Positions 32,957 to 43,222 are shown, numbered from the stretch's first letter. The stretch is 64,000 bases of DNA from an uncultured Actinobaculum sp. (GCA_938020505.1 CALIHR010000026.1:15138-79137), one strand, 5' to 3'. Notes: generated from the sequence alone by a model not told the origin. Made by a program: numbers and translations.

Positions 32957-33261
32957 ACCTTTACTTTGCGTCGTATTTTTACAAAAAGTGAGGGTCGTTA
33001 GTCCTAAATAACGCATTAAGGTGATGAATTTCAAAATTTTGACAGGGGTGTTAAATGACGAAATCTGAATTGCACGCTTATATTTCATCTATAATTAAAA
33101 GCATTTTAACGTTGGTGGAAGCGTTAGTGCGTTTGCCGATGCCTTGAGTTCGTCTCGATCGCATGACGTGCAGAAACAACGCAACGAGGGCGTTGTTGCC
33201 CGGCAACGGCTGGCGTGCTCGACGCCAGCCGAGAAGCCGTGCGTCTGGGCAGCCTCCTTTC

Positions 33262-33297
33262 GGAAAAGAGGCCGCAGCGCCTCTCGGCGCTGCGGCC
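33262..33297 (-). terminator. Intrinsic terminator of the ABC-2 exporter operon (minus strand)
   Basis: ggccgcagcgcc-tctc-ggcgctgcggcc, followed on the minus strand by UCUUUUCC. Confidence 0.5.
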
Positions 33298-33320
33298 CCG
33301 GCGAAACGGCGCGCTCGCGG

Positions 33321-34262
33321 TCAGCGGCGAACCTGGATTCGCCGCATGCACAGCCACGCAACGGCGGCGTAGAAGACGATGGACGCGAGGTCCCAAAGCA
33401 CGCTGTAAAGCGGGAAGCCGCTTGCGCCTATGTGTTTGAAAGGCGCCACGTATATGAGTGAGCCGTTCGAACCCACCGCCTTGAAGGTCCAGTTCAGCGT
33501 GCCCCATGTCGCTGAGACGACGGCGACGGCTATTCCCGCGACATACCAGGGAAGACGGACGAAGGCCATGAAAATCGCGTAGGCGGCTGTGTACGCGCCG
33601 GCTATGGCGACCGTTGCCACGACGGCCAGGAACCAGAGATTGGCCTCGTAAGTGCCGACCGCGCGGCCGGCGTGCGTTCCCGTCACCTTGATGCTGCCGG
33701 AAAAGTCGCCGGCGATTAGCCCGTGGACCGCTGCCCCCGCCAGGGCGAGCGCGCCCGACACGGCGGTTCCGAGGCCAAATGCCTTTGCGTGGGCGAGGAG
33801 AATGGAGCGACGCGGAAATCCCGAGCTGAGGTAGGTCCGTGTCCTGATGGCGGCATACGCCCCCTGGATCACCGCCCCCACCGTCAATGCGACGAGCAGC
33901 ATGGCGGTTACGATGACCGCGTATGAAATGTTTCCAATCTCTGCGGCGAAGCCGCGGATTCTTTCAAGGTTTTCGGGAGAGACGCCGATGTCGATTCGCC
34001 TTCCGTCGATGACGATCTGGTGCCTGCCGCCGTTTTTAAAGATCAGGTAGTCGTATTTCTCGAGAAAGTAGACGGCTGTCGCAGCGAGGGCGCCCAAGAA
34101 CAGGCCGACCCCGATTGTCATCGGCATCATTCGTCCATGGCGTCTCAAAATTAAGCGATTGACGGCGGCCTTCGCCCTTTCGGCTGCGACGTTTTCGTCG
34201 TCGGCCATGGTGGTTGTGTCGGCGTTGCCGGCCATGGTCTGTGCGTTCGCCTTGTCATTCAT
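33321..34262 (-). CDS. ABC-2 type transporter permease (polytopic membrane protein)
   Basis: Six predicted TM helices. It overlaps the ATPase gene by 8 nt. Confidence 0.7.
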   Translation of the reverse strand: MNDKANAQTMAGNADTTTMADDENVAAERAKAAVNRLILRRHGRMMPMTIGVGLFLGALAATAVYFLEKYDYLIFKNGGRHQIVIDGRRIDIGVSPENLERIRGFAAEIGNISYAVIVTAMLLVALTVGAVIQGAYAAIRTRTYLSSGFPRRSILLAHAKAFGLGTAVSGALALAGAAVHGLIAGDFSGSIKVTGTHAGRAVGTYEANLWFLAVVATVAIAGAYTAAYAIFMAFVRLPWYVAGIAVAVVSATWGTLNWTFKAVGSNGSLIYVAPFKHIGASGFPLYSVLWDLASIVFYAAVAWLCMRRIQVRR

Positions 34263-35037
34263 GGTCGCGTCCCTTCTGCAAGATTCTGTATGCGGCTGCG
34301 GTGTTGGAAGAGAGGGCCATCTTCATGAGCACGTCGGTCAGATGGGCCAGTTCGCCCCCGTCGGAGTGCCTGGATCGGACGTCGTCGGCGTCTCCGCTTT
34401 CGACGACTCGCCCGTTGTCCATGAAAATGACCGAGTCGAGGAGGCTTTCGACCTCCTCGATCAGATGCGAGGACAGAACGAGGGTGCGCGGGCGCTTTGT
34501 GTAGTCCGCGAGGAGGCTCGCGTAAAAGATTTCCCGGGCGACGGCGTCCATTCCGAGGTGGACCTCGTCGAATATGGTCACCGGACATCTGGAGGCCAGG
34601 CCCAGCAGTGCGTAGAGGCTTGAAAGCTGGCCGCGGGAGAGCCGCGAGGGCTTCTTTTTCACGTCGATGCGGAACGCCTCGATCAGCTCGTTCGCGTAGT
34701 CGCGGTCCCAGTTGGGGCGCGACGCCTCCCAGAGCTCGAGGGTGCGCCGGGTCTTCTCGTCTTCGAGTATGGGGGTCGAATCGCTGACGTAGCAGACGTT
34801 TGCCATGAGACCGGGGTTCTCGTAGACGTGCTGCCCGTTTGCGCGGACGCTTCCGGAAGTCGGGTAGAGGAGGCCCGCCATGAGCATGGCGAGGGTCGAC
34901 TTGCCGGAGCCGTTCCTGCCGAGGAGGCCGGTGATCGACCCCGGTTCGATTCTGAAAGACGCGTGGTCGACGACGTTTTGCGAGTGACGCTCGTAGTGGA
35001 ACGTCAGGTCGGCGACGTCGATGCCGAGGGGGTTCAT
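34255..35037 (-). CDS. ABC transporter ATP-binding protein
   Basis: Walker A GRNGSGKST, signature LSRGQLSS, Walker B TIFDEVHLGMD. Confidence 0.85.
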   Translation of the reverse strand: MNPLGIDVADLTFHYERHSQNVVDHASFRIEPGSITGLLGRNGSGKSTLAMLMAGLLYPTSGSVRANGQHVYENPGLMANVCYVSDSTPILEDEKTRRTLELWEASRPNWDRDYANELIEAFRIDVKKKPSRLSRGQLSSLYALLGLASRCPVTIFDEVHLGMDAVAREIFYASLLADYTKRPRTLVLSSHLIEEVESLLDSVIFMDNGRVVESGDADDVRSRHSDGGELAHLTDVLMKMALSSNTAAAYRILQKGRDHE

Positions 35038-35414
35038 TGCTTCTCCTTTGTGAGTGTGGCAAGGCTGCTTGCCGCCATGTCGAGGATTTCGGGGGATGAG
35101 AGGCCCAGAGCGACGCCTTCGGCGAGGGCGGGCGTCAGGGTCTCATCGGCGTAGGACTTCTGCCCGGCCTCCTGCAGGCGCTCGTGCGCCCCCTCGGTGA
35201 CGAACATGCCGATTCCCCTTCGCTTTTCGACGAGGTTCTCGTCGACGAGGAGCGCGAAGGCCTTGTTCGCCGTCGCCGGGTTGATGCGATAGGTGGTCGC
35301 GTATTGCGTTGTTGACATGAGCTGGTCTCCCGCCGCGAGAGTCCCCGTGAGGATGCTTCTGCGGATGTCGTTTGCGATCTGCAGGTAGATGGGATGCGAG
35401 TCGGAAAAACGCAT
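35034..35414 (-). CDS. GntR family transcriptional regulator (short YhcF-type), first gene of the GntR-ABC ATPase-ABC-2 permease operon
   Basis: PIYLQIANDIRRSILTGTLAAGDQLMSTTQYATTYRINPATANKAFALLVDENLVEKRRGIGMFV. AAGGAAG ribosome-binding site. Confidence 0.8.
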   Translation of the reverse strand: MRFSDSHPIYLQIANDIRRSILTGTLAAGDQLMSTTQYATTYRINPATANKAFALLVDENLVEKRRGIGMFVTEGAHERLQEAGQKSYADETLTPALAEGVALGLSSPEILDMAASSLATLTKEKQ

Positions 35415-35817
35415 TGCCTCAACTTCCTTAGTTCTGCGGTTCATTACATGACTAATTAACCATAGAACCGAAGGGGTGTCAAGCCCGCTTGGGCTGCGTG
35501 AGTCGATTGGCGGGTTTTCTGCGAGGGCGGCCTCAGCTGGCGGAGCGCCTCGAACCGCGAAGGCGCCTCGGCCCGTGGGAGCGCCTCCAATCGACACGGG
35601 CGCCTCAATCGACGGCCACGCCCCTTTCTGGCCGCCGGCGCTTCGTTTTGCCTGCGGCGGTGGGGTAGCCTTGACGGGCGGCCGCCCTCGCGAGGCCTTC
35701 ACGCACCTCGCAGGGCACGCATCTCGCAAGGCGCGGATCTCGCACGGCGCAAGCCTTGCGAGACGCAAACTTTGCGAGCCGCGCATCTCGCAACGAAGCG
35801 ACACAAGCGAAAGGACA

Positions 35818-36819
35818 ATGTCAATGGCCAAGCCTCGCATCGGTTTGCTCGGCGTCGGGCGCATCGGAATCATGCACGCGCGAATCCTGGCGCCGAAAGT
35901 CGAAAGCCTCGTCGTCGCCGACGTCGTCCCCGAAAGGGCCCAGCGGGCGGCGGACGAACTGGGCGCCCAGGTCCGCTCCGTCGAGGGCTTCTTCGATTCG
36001 GACGATCTCGACGGCGTCGTCCTCGCCACGCCCACCGACGCCCACGCGCGCCACATCGAAGCCGCCGTCGGCCTGGGCGCCCCGATCTTCTGCGAGAAGC
36101 CGGTGGCGCTCGACATCGCTTCGACAGAGAGTGCCAACGCCGCGGCCAAGTCCGCCGGAGTCCCCGTCCACGTCGGCTTCCAGCGCAGATTCGACGCCGC
36201 CTACGCCGCGGCCCGCGAAAGGCTCGCGGCGGGGGAGATCGGGGAGCTGCGGAGGGTCCACATGCACACCCTCGACCAAGCCCCCGCGGCCCGGGAGTTT
36301 CTCGCCGCCAGCGGCGGCATCTTCACCGACTGCCTCATCCACGACTTCGACGCCCTTCGGTGGGTCACGGGCCGCGAAGTCGAAGAGGTCTTCGCCTTCG
36401 GCACGGATTTGGGGCTGCCTGATTTTGCGGACTTCTCCGACGTGTGCGAAACCGTCCTCGCGCTGCGCCTGACCGGCGACGCGCTCGCCACCGCGCACTC
36501 CTCCCGCTTCAACGGCGCCGGGTACGACGTGCGCATGGAAGTGCACGGCACCGAGGGGACGGACGTCGTCGGCATGGACGAGCGCCTTCCCGTGCGATCG
36601 CTCGAACCCGGGGTCGCCTACCCCTCGGGGAAGCCGTGGGTCGACTTCATCGCGCGCTTCGCCGACTGCTACGAGCGAGAGCTCGAGGCCTTCCTCGACG
36701 TGGTCGCCGGAAAGGGCGAGGTCCCGTCCACGATCGACGACGCCGTCGCCTCCCTTCGCGTGGCCGAGGCCTGCGCGGCCTCGCGCAGGGAAGGCCGCCC
36801 GGTCAAGGTCGCGCGTTGA
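35818..36819 (+). CDS. Gfo/Idh/MocA family NAD(P)-dependent oxidoreductase (inositol/sugar dehydrogenase-like)
   Basis: Rossmann motif IGLLGVGRIG and the EKP motif (IFCEKPVALD). Confidence 0.85.
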   Translation: MSMAKPRIGLLGVGRIGIMHARILAPKVESLVVADVVPERAQRAADELGAQVRSVEGFFDSDDLDGVVLATPTDAHARHIEAAVGLGAPIFCEKPVALDIASTESANAAAKSAGVPVHVGFQRRFDAAYAAARERLAAGEIGELRRVHMHTLDQAPAAREFLAASGGIFTDCLIHDFDALRWVTGREVEEVFAFGTDLGLPDFADFSDVCETVLALRLTGDALATAHSSRFNGAGYDVRMEVHGTEGTDVVGMDERLPVRSLEPGVAYPSGKPWVDFIARFADCYERELEAFLDVVAGKGEVPSTIDDAVASLRVAEACAASRREGRPVKVAR

Positions 36820-36916
36820 GCCCCGTTTGCTCCGCGGTCTGCGGCGACGCCGCCCGTTTCGCTGCTACCCTTTTCTCTATGCGTTCCACGGCGGCACGCT
36901 AGAAGGAGATCGGTGA

Positions 36917-38620
36917 ATGGACCTACGGCTCGATGCGACGGCTTTTGACTACTCGTTCGTGGTCGTCTATCTGTTCTTCGTCATCGCCATCGGCGTCGTG
37001 ACGAAACGCAAGGTCCTCACGAGCGAGGACTACTTCCTCTCCGGGCGCTCGCTGCCCGCGTGGATCTGCGCGCTCGCCTTCCTTTCGGCCAACATCGGCG
37101 CTACAGAGCTCATCGGAATGGCGGCCAACGGATCGCAGTACGGCTTGGCGACGGTCCACTACTACTGGATCGGCGCGGTTCCGGCGATGGTCTTCCTCGG
37201 GCTGATCATGATGCCCTTCTACTACGGGTCGAAGGTCCGATCCGTCCCCGAGTACCTCAGGCTCCGCTTCGACCGGCCCACCCACGTCTACCAGTCGGCG
37301 GTTTTCGCCATAGCGACGATCCTCGTGGCCGGCATCAACCTCTTCGCCCTCGCGCTCCTCATCAACGTCCTCATCGGCTGGCCCCTGTGGGCCTCGATCA
37401 TCGCCGCGGCCGGCGTCGTGCTCCTCTACACGACGATGGGCGGGCTGACCGCCACGATGTACAACGAGGTGCTGCAATTCTTCATCATCGTCGCCTTCCT
37501 CGTCCCGCTCACCGTGGGCGGGCTCATCAGGGTCGGCGGCGTCGACGGCCTGCTCGAGACGATCCGCACCCACGAGCTCCTCGGGGAAAACGGGCTGTCC
37601 GTGTGGGGAGGGACGGGGCTCGCCAACACGACCAACCCCTATGGAAACTGGATTGCGCTGCTGCTCGGAATGGGCTTCGTCAACTCCTTCGGATACTGGA
37701 CCACCAACTTCACCGAGGTTCAGCGGGCCCTCTCGGCGAAAGACATGTCGGCCGCCCAGCGCACGCCGATCATCGCCGCGATCCCCAAGATGCTCCTTCC
37801 CGCGATCATCATCATGCCCGGCCTCATCGCCGCGGTCCTCATCCCCGAGCTTTCCAACGGCAAGCTTTCCCACAACGAGGCGCTGCCCGCCCTCATCGGA
37901 AAGGCCATGCCCACGGGGCTCGTGGGGCTCGCGCTGGCGGCGCTCATCGCGGCCTTCATGGCCGGCATGGCGGCAAATGTCTCGTCCTTCAACACGGTGG
38001 TGACCTACGACCTGTGGCAGACCTACATCCGCCCGGGCCGCAAAGACACCTACTACCTCCGCGTGGGCCGCAAACTCACGGTGGCCGGCGTCCTCATCGC
38101 CATCGGCGCAGCCTTCATCGCGGCGGAGTTCAACAACATCCAGGATTACATCCAGCTCCTGCAGTCGATCTTCAGCGCCCCCCTCTTCGCCACCTTCGTC
38201 TTGGGCATGTTCTGGAAGCGCATGAGCGGGCCGGCCGGGCTGTGGGGCCTCGTCGCCGGAGCCGCGGGCGCGGCCGCCGTGCAGATCGGCTACCAAAACG
38301 GCTTCCTGGAGTTCAACTCCCAGCAGGCGGCCTCCTTCACCGGGTCGGGCATGGCCTTCGTGTTCGACGTCGTCGTGTCCGTCCTCGTCACCCTCAGGAC
38401 TTCGCCCAAGCCGGTCGAGGAATTGGACGGGCTCGTGTGGGGCCGCACGAAGATGCCGATCAAGGGAAGCCTTCCGGCGCCGGACCTGCGCAAGGCCGCG
38501 GTCAAGGCCGAGCGCGAGCGCTTGAAAGAAGGGCGCGGGCTTGCCTGGTGGGAGAATCCGTGGCCGCTGGGCGCCGCCGTCACGGCAGTCCTGGTTCTAC
38601 TCAACATTTTCGTGGGATGA
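36917..38620 (+). CDS. Sodium:solute symporter family (SSS) transporter
   Basis: 13-TM SSS architecture with the DYFLSGRSLP N-terminal signature. Confidence 0.9.
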   Translation: MDLRLDATAFDYSFVVVYLFFVIAIGVVTKRKVLTSEDYFLSGRSLPAWICALAFLSANIGATELIGMAANGSQYGLATVHYYWIGAVPAMVFLGLIMMPFYYGSKVRSVPEYLRLRFDRPTHVYQSAVFAIATILVAGINLFALALLINVLIGWPLWASIIAAAGVVLLYTTMGGLTATMYNEVLQFFIIVAFLVPLTVGGLIRVGGVDGLLETIRTHELLGENGLSVWGGTGLANTTNPYGNWIALLLGMGFVNSFGYWTTNFTEVQRALSAKDMSAAQRTPIIAAIPKMLLPAIIIMPGLIAAVLIPELSNGKLSHNEALPALIGKAMPTGLVGLALAALIAAFMAGMAANVSSFNTVVTYDLWQTYIRPGRKDTYYLRVGRKLTVAGVLIAIGAAFIAAEFNNIQDYIQLLQSIFSAPLFATFVLGMFWKRMSGPAGLWGLVAGAAGAAAVQIGYQNGFLEFNSQQAASFTGSGMAFVFDVVVSVLVTLRTSPKPVEELDGLVWGRTKMPIKGSLPAPDLRKAAVKAERERLKEGRGLAWWENPWPLGAAVTAVLVLLNIFVG

Positions 38621-38632
38621 CGGAGGGAAACG

Positions 38633-39058
38633 ATGAGCAAGAAACGCTGTCCCCGTTTTTCGCGCATGGCTCTTTTGGACCTGCGCGCCTGGGTCGCCGC
38701 GATGTTTTTCGTGTTCGGCACGATGCTCGCCGTCTACGGGGCGTTCTTCGCCGACGGCGAGGATCTGGCCAAGGCCGCAGGAACCAACCTCGACCTGTGG
38801 ACCGGCGTAGGAATGATCGTCTTCGCCGCCGCCTTCGCGGTGTGGCTTCTCGCCCGCCCGCCTGAGTTCGACGTCGCCTCCGACGCGGAGGAAGCCGCCG
38901 ACGGCGTCGTCGCCGCGAACGGCGTTGACGGCCTTTTAGCGGAAGCGCCGGGGGCCGAGGGAAGCAAGGCCCAGACAGAAGACGGCGAGGCCCAGACAGA
39001 AGACGGCGAGGCCCAGACAGAAGACGGCGAGGCTCAGACGGAAGGCGCCAGGGGCTAA
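38633..39058 (+). CDS. Small two-TM membrane protein partnered with the SSS transporter. Its C-terminal acidic tail carries AQTEDGE repeats.
   Basis: Two hydrophobic helices (VAAMFFVFGTMLAVYGAFF and GVGMIVFAAAFAVWLLA), then three copies of EAQTEDG. Confidence 0.6.
   Translation: MSKKRCPRFSRMALLDLRAWVAAMFFVFGTMLAVYGAFFADGEDLAKAAGTNLDLWTGVGMIVFAAAFAVWLLARPPEFDVASDAEEAADGVVAANGVDGLLAEAPGAEGSKAQTEDGEAQTEDGEAQTEDGEAQTEGARG
38969..39031. repeat. Three perfect tandem 21-bp units (GCCCAGACAGAAGACGGCGAG) encoding (AQTEDGE)x3
   Basis: Read directly from the sequence. Confidence 0.7.
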
Positions 39059-39691
39059 CGGGCGCCAAAGACTAAGTCGCCAGGGGGTAAGGCCGCTTGG
39101 GAAACTCGCGCAGGGCGCCCGGCGGCGTCGGAAGCGCCTGAAAAAGCTCCGATCATAGAGCATGACATAGAAACTGCGTAAACGGCCGTCGTTGGGACAT
39201 GTGCGATCCTTGACGACCGTTTGTTTCCCTTCCCTGGCGTTTGCTTTGCTTTTCCGAACGGCGCCTCTGGCGTTTCCAAATGACGCCTCCGATTCAGCGC
39301 TCTGTTCCGACGGAGCGTCGAGCTTAGCAACGGCGCCGTCGTCCGTGGGAACGGCCGGGTGCATGCATGGGACCTTTGGACGAAAAGATTCTGTTCGAAT
39401 GCTGTTATTTTTTCTTCATGGTCTGGCGTGACGTGCCGGCCGATCTGGACACTCACAGAAGAATTGAGTCCATTTCTGCCGTTCACCGCCCCCAATGGCG
39501 GGAGACCATAAAACAAAAACCAATTTATGGACGCTCTCCGTCCAAATCACCTCACATTATCTTCCAGTTGAGCACAAGCGACGTTTCTTTCCCATTTTAC
39601 CGACTTGGGGAATTTTGCTTGTTTTTGCGGGGTTTTGGCGTGCCCTGCGCGCTTGCAAGGAAGCTCTCCTTCGATGTCGAAAGGGATATTC

Positions 39692-41083
39692 ATGCCTTCT
39701 ATCACCAGAGGTCTGCGGCGTGCCAGCGATCTCTCCATTTCCCAACGACGCTTCCTTTTGGTGCTCGTTTCCATTGGATCGTCGATCCTCTACACTCCGG
39801 CCTATCTGAAGAACGTCTTCTACGATCCGCTTAAGGAGGCGATCGGCACATCCAATGCGGGAGTGGGCGAGCTGCTCGGCTACTACGCCATCACCGCGAC
39901 GGTCTGCTACTTCCCGTCGGGCGTCGTCGCCGACAAGGTCAGGGTGCGCACGCTGGCGTGGGTCGGATTCACAACCACGGCGATGCTCACCTACCTCTAC
40001 GCCATGCTTCCCTCGTTCGCCGTTCTCAGACTCGTCTTCATCGGCATGGGCGTGACGACCATTCTCATCTGGTGGGGCATCCGGTTCAAGCTCGTCAGGC
40101 TCATCTCGGAGGAAGACGCCTATTCCCGCAACATCGGAATCTCCTACGGACTCTACGGCGCTGCGGGGCTTGTCGTCGGCTTCATCAGCATGAAGATCAT
40201 CGAGTGGTTTGAAGATTCGGCCGCAGTCGGGATTCAGTCTCTCCTCATCTTCCTCGGCACCCTCATTCTCATTCTCGGGATTCTCTCGTTCTTCTTCATT
40301 CCGAAGTTCGAGGGCGAGATCGATCCGACGAAGAAGTCCTTCGACATACGCCAGATTCGCGAGGCATTGAGGAACCCCGTCGTCTGGATTTCGGCCGCAT
40401 GCCTGTTCTGCGTGTACTTCTTCTACACGGGCGTCAACTACACGACCCCGTACCTCAAAAACGTGCTCCTGGCCTCCGCCTCCGTTACGAGCTTCGTTTC
40501 GATCGTCCGCACCTATGGCATCACCCTCGCCTCCGGGCCCGCCTTCGGCTTCCTCGCGAAAGCCACGGGCTCACCCTCGAAGGTCATCTTCGGCGGATCG
40601 ATAGTGTGCGCCGGCGGCCTGTTCGTGTTCACGATTCTTCCGGCCGAGCCGGGCATGGTTCTACTTGTCGCGGGGGTCACCATTGTGCTTGGATTCATCG
40701 CCAACGGCGTCTTCGGAATCGTTTCCTCCCAGTTGACCGAGGGGAAGGTCCCCATCCCGATCTTCGGCACGGCGGCCGGCATTCTCTCGGTCATCGGCTT
40801 CCTTCCGGACACCTTCTCTTCGACGTGGTTCGGAAAGATGATCGACGATCGGCCTAAGGACGCCTACGCCGAGATCTTCCTGATTCTCGCGGGCTTTGCC
40901 GTGGCGGCGGGCGTCCTCGCCCTCATACTCCTGTGGTACGTCAGGCGCACGGGGAAGGCGAAGGCGGCGCCGTCGGAGCCGACGCCGGTTCCGTCTTACG
41001 AGGAAGCCGCTGAGCCGGCGGCCGCGGCGAAGTCGCCTTTCGGTTCGAAGAAGGGCTCGGCTTGGAGCTCGCATGCCGAATAA
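39692..41083 (+). CDS. MFS transporter, first gene of the cai-like operon and a candidate substrate/product exchanger replacing the BCCT antiporter CaiT
   Basis: 12-TM MFS architecture. Start chosen at the ATG with GAAAGGGA ribosome-binding site. It is preceded by a 630-bp AT-richer leader. Confidence 0.8.
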   Translation: MPSITRGLRRASDLSISQRRFLLVLVSIGSSILYTPAYLKNVFYDPLKEAIGTSNAGVGELLGYYAITATVCYFPSGVVADKVRVRTLAWVGFTTTAMLTYLYAMLPSFAVLRLVFIGMGVTTILIWWGIRFKLVRLISEEDAYSRNIGISYGLYGAAGLVVGFISMKIIEWFEDSAAVGIQSLLIFLGTLILILGILSFFFIPKFEGEIDPTKKSFDIRQIREALRNPVVWISAACLFCVYFFYTGVNYTTPYLKNVLLASASVTSFVSIVRTYGITLASGPAFGFLAKATGSPSKVIFGGSIVCAGGLFVFTILPAEPGMVLLVAGVTIVLGFIANGVFGIVSSQLTEGKVPIPIFGTAAGILSVIGFLPDTFSSTWFGKMIDDRPKDAYAEIFLILAGFAVAAGVLALILLWYVRRTGKAKAAPSEPTPVPSYEEAAEPAAAAKSPFGSKKGSAWSSHAE

Positions 41084-42086
41084 ACTCAAGGTTCCCGCGA
41101 TGTGGAGCGAGCAGATGGGCGCCGTCGTCGCCAAGCAGAACGAGCTCGCTGCGGGCGTCTATTCCAGCGGTCAAACCTTCGAGCAGGCGCGCGAGGGGTA
41201 TCGCAAGGAACGGGTTTTCTGGAACGACGGCGGCCCCGTGCCGGCCTCGACGATCGAGAAGGACGTCGCCACCCGGCACGGGCGGGTGCGCGTGCGGATG
41301 CATCGCCCCGACGGCGCCGCCGTCCTCCCCGGGATCGTCTATGTCCACGGGGGCGGATGGGTGCTGGGAGACCTCGACACCCACGATCGAATAACCCGGA
41401 CTCTCGCCGAGAAGACCGGGGCGGCCGTCGTCGCCGTCGATTACAAGCTCTCGCCGGAGGCGCGCTTTCCGCGGGCGCTCGAAGAATGCGTCGACGTCGT
41501 CTCGGCGCTGAAGGCCGACGCCGACAAATGGGGGCTGGATCCCCGGAAACTCGCTTTGGCGGGCGACTCCGGGGGCGCTTCTCTCGCGCTCGGGACGTTC
41601 TTGCACCTGCGGGACGAGGAGAAGGCGGCCGAAGGCGTCGGCGCGCTCTTGCTGTTCTACGGAGCCTTCGGGCTGCGCGACTCGATGTCGATGCGGCTGT
41701 TCGGAGGCGAATGGGACGGTCTGAAGGAGGAGGATTTCGCCTGGTACAAGGACCTCTATCTGGCCGACGCCGCAGACGAGCGCAGCCCCTATTTCGACCT
41801 TCTGGCGAACGATCTGACAGGGCCGATGCCGCCGTGCTACATCGCCGCGGCCGGGCTCGATCCGCTGAGGGACGATTCGCGCACGCTCGCGACAATGCTT
41901 GCGAGCTCCGGGGGCGACGTGGAGAAAGAGGAGTTTCCCGACGTCATCCACGGCTTTTTGCACCATTCCAGAATGCTCGACGCCGCGAGGGACGCCCTCG
42001 CGCATGCGTCGGACTTCTTCCGCTCGCGCGTCGGGAAGGCCCCGGCGACAACTCAACAGACAATCGATATCACAACTGAGGAGTAG
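41073..42086 (+). CDS. Alpha/beta-hydrolase esterase of the hormone-sensitive-lipase family (family IV)
   Basis: Oxyanion-hole motif HGGGW and nucleophile motif GDSGG, plus DPLRDD/HGF catalytic Asp/His context. It overlaps the MFS stop by 11 nt and sits immediately upstream of caiA. Confidence 0.85.
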   Translation: MPNKLKVPAMWSEQMGAVVAKQNELAAGVYSSGQTFEQAREGYRKERVFWNDGGPVPASTIEKDVATRHGRVRVRMHRPDGAAVLPGIVYVHGGGWVLGDLDTHDRITRTLAEKTGAAVVAVDYKLSPEARFPRALEECVDVVSALKADADKWGLDPRKLALAGDSGGASLALGTFLHLRDEEKAAEGVGALLLFYGAFGLRDSMSMRLFGGEWDGLKEEDFAWYKDLYLADAADERSPYFDLLANDLTGPMPPCYIAAAGLDPLRDDSRTLATMLASSGGDVEKEEFPDVIHGFLHHSRMLDAARDALAHASDFFRSRVGKAPATTQQTIDITTEE

Positions 42087-42088
42087 AA

Positions 42089-43222
42089 ATGGATTTCTCA
42101 TTCACCGAGGAACAGCAGCTGATCGTCGACGGCTTCGCCGACGTCATGAATTCGCGCTCATGGGAAAAGTACTTCCATGAGTGCGACGAGACGTCGACCT
42201 ACCCCGTCGAATGGGTGAAGGCTCTGTGCGACGTCGGATTCGACCGCATCCTCCTTCCCGAGGAGCATGACGGGCTCGGCCTCGACTGGGTCACGCTGGC
42301 CGCCGTGTACGAGGTGCTCGGCCGCCTCGGAGGCCCCACGTACATCCTCTACCAGCTGCCCGGCCTCGAAACCGTCGTACGCGAAGGCACCGACGAGCAG
42401 CGGGAGAAGGTCTTCTCCTATCTCGGCACGGGCGAGCAGGTCCTCAACTACGCGATGACCGAGCCGAGCGCGGGATCGTCCTGGAACGACATGCGCACGA
42501 CGTACACGCGGCGCGACGGCAAGGTCTATCTCAACGGGCACAAGACGTTCCAGACGTCCGCGATGCGGGTTCCCTACCTGGTGGTGATGGCCCGCAACGC
42601 CGACGACATGGACGTCTACACCGAATGGTTCGTCGACATGAGCAAGCCGGGCATTGCGAAGGAGCCCCTGCACAAGCTGGGGCTCAGAATGGATTCGTGC
42701 GCCGAGGTCTACTTCGACGACGTCGAACTCGAAGAGTCGGACCTCTTTGGCTCGGAAGGCAACGGCTTCATGCGCGGCGTCGCGGATTTCGACCTCGAGC
42801 GCCTCCTCGTGGCCCTGACGAACTACGGCCAGGCCTACTGCGCCTTCGAAGACGCCGCCAAATACGCCAACCAGCGCGTCCAGGGCGGCCAGGCGATCGC
42901 GCGCCGCCAGCTCATCCAGTTGAAGTTCGCCGACATGCAGGTGCGCCTGACGAATATGCGCAACATGCTTTTCGAGATCGCTTGGAAGCACGACGTCGGC
43001 AAGCTCGGCCGCGGCGACTGCTCGATGGCCAAGTACTACTGTTCGCATGCGGCCTTCGAGGTGGTCGATGACGCCCTGCAGGTCCTCGCCGGCGTCGGAA
43101 TCACCGGCGATCACCGAGTCCAGCGCTTCTACAGGGATTTGCGGGTGGACAGGGTCTCCGGGGGGACCGACGAGATGATGATCCTCACGGCCGGCCGCGC
43201 GGCGCTGAAGAACTACCGCTGA
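42089..43222 (+). CDS. caiA: Crotonobetainyl-CoA reductase/dehydrogenase CaiA (acyl-CoA dehydrogenase family)
   Basis: Near-colinear similarity to E. coli CaiA, recalled from memory. Shared strings include [45 protein letters not shown] and [29 protein letters not shown]. Confidence 0.9.
   Translation: MDFSFTEEQQLIVDGFADVMNSRSWEKYFHECDETSTYPVEWVKALCDVGFDRILLPEEHDGLGLDWVTLAAVYEVLGRLGGPTYILYQLPGLETVVREGTDEQREKVFSYLGTGEQVLNYAMTEPSAGSSWNDMRTTYTRRDGKVYLNGHKTFQTSAMRVPYLVVMARNADDMDVYTEWFVDMSKPGIAKEPLHKLGLRMDSCAEVYFDDVELEESDLFGSEGNGFMRGVADFDLERLLVALTNYGQAYCAFEDAAKYANQRVQGGQAIARRQLIQLKFADMQVRLTNMRNMLFEIAWKHDVGKLGRGDCSMAKYYCSHAAFEVVDDALQVLAGVGITGDHRVQRFYRDLRVDRVSGGTDEMMILTAGRAALKNYR

Noticed and set aside
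36923-38865. Long ORFs (36923-38296 minus, 37060-38865 plus) overlapping the SSS transporter gene
   Set aside because: The SSS frame has a 13-TM hydrophobic profile. The alternatives are Arg/Gly/Asp-rich and have no ribosome-binding site.
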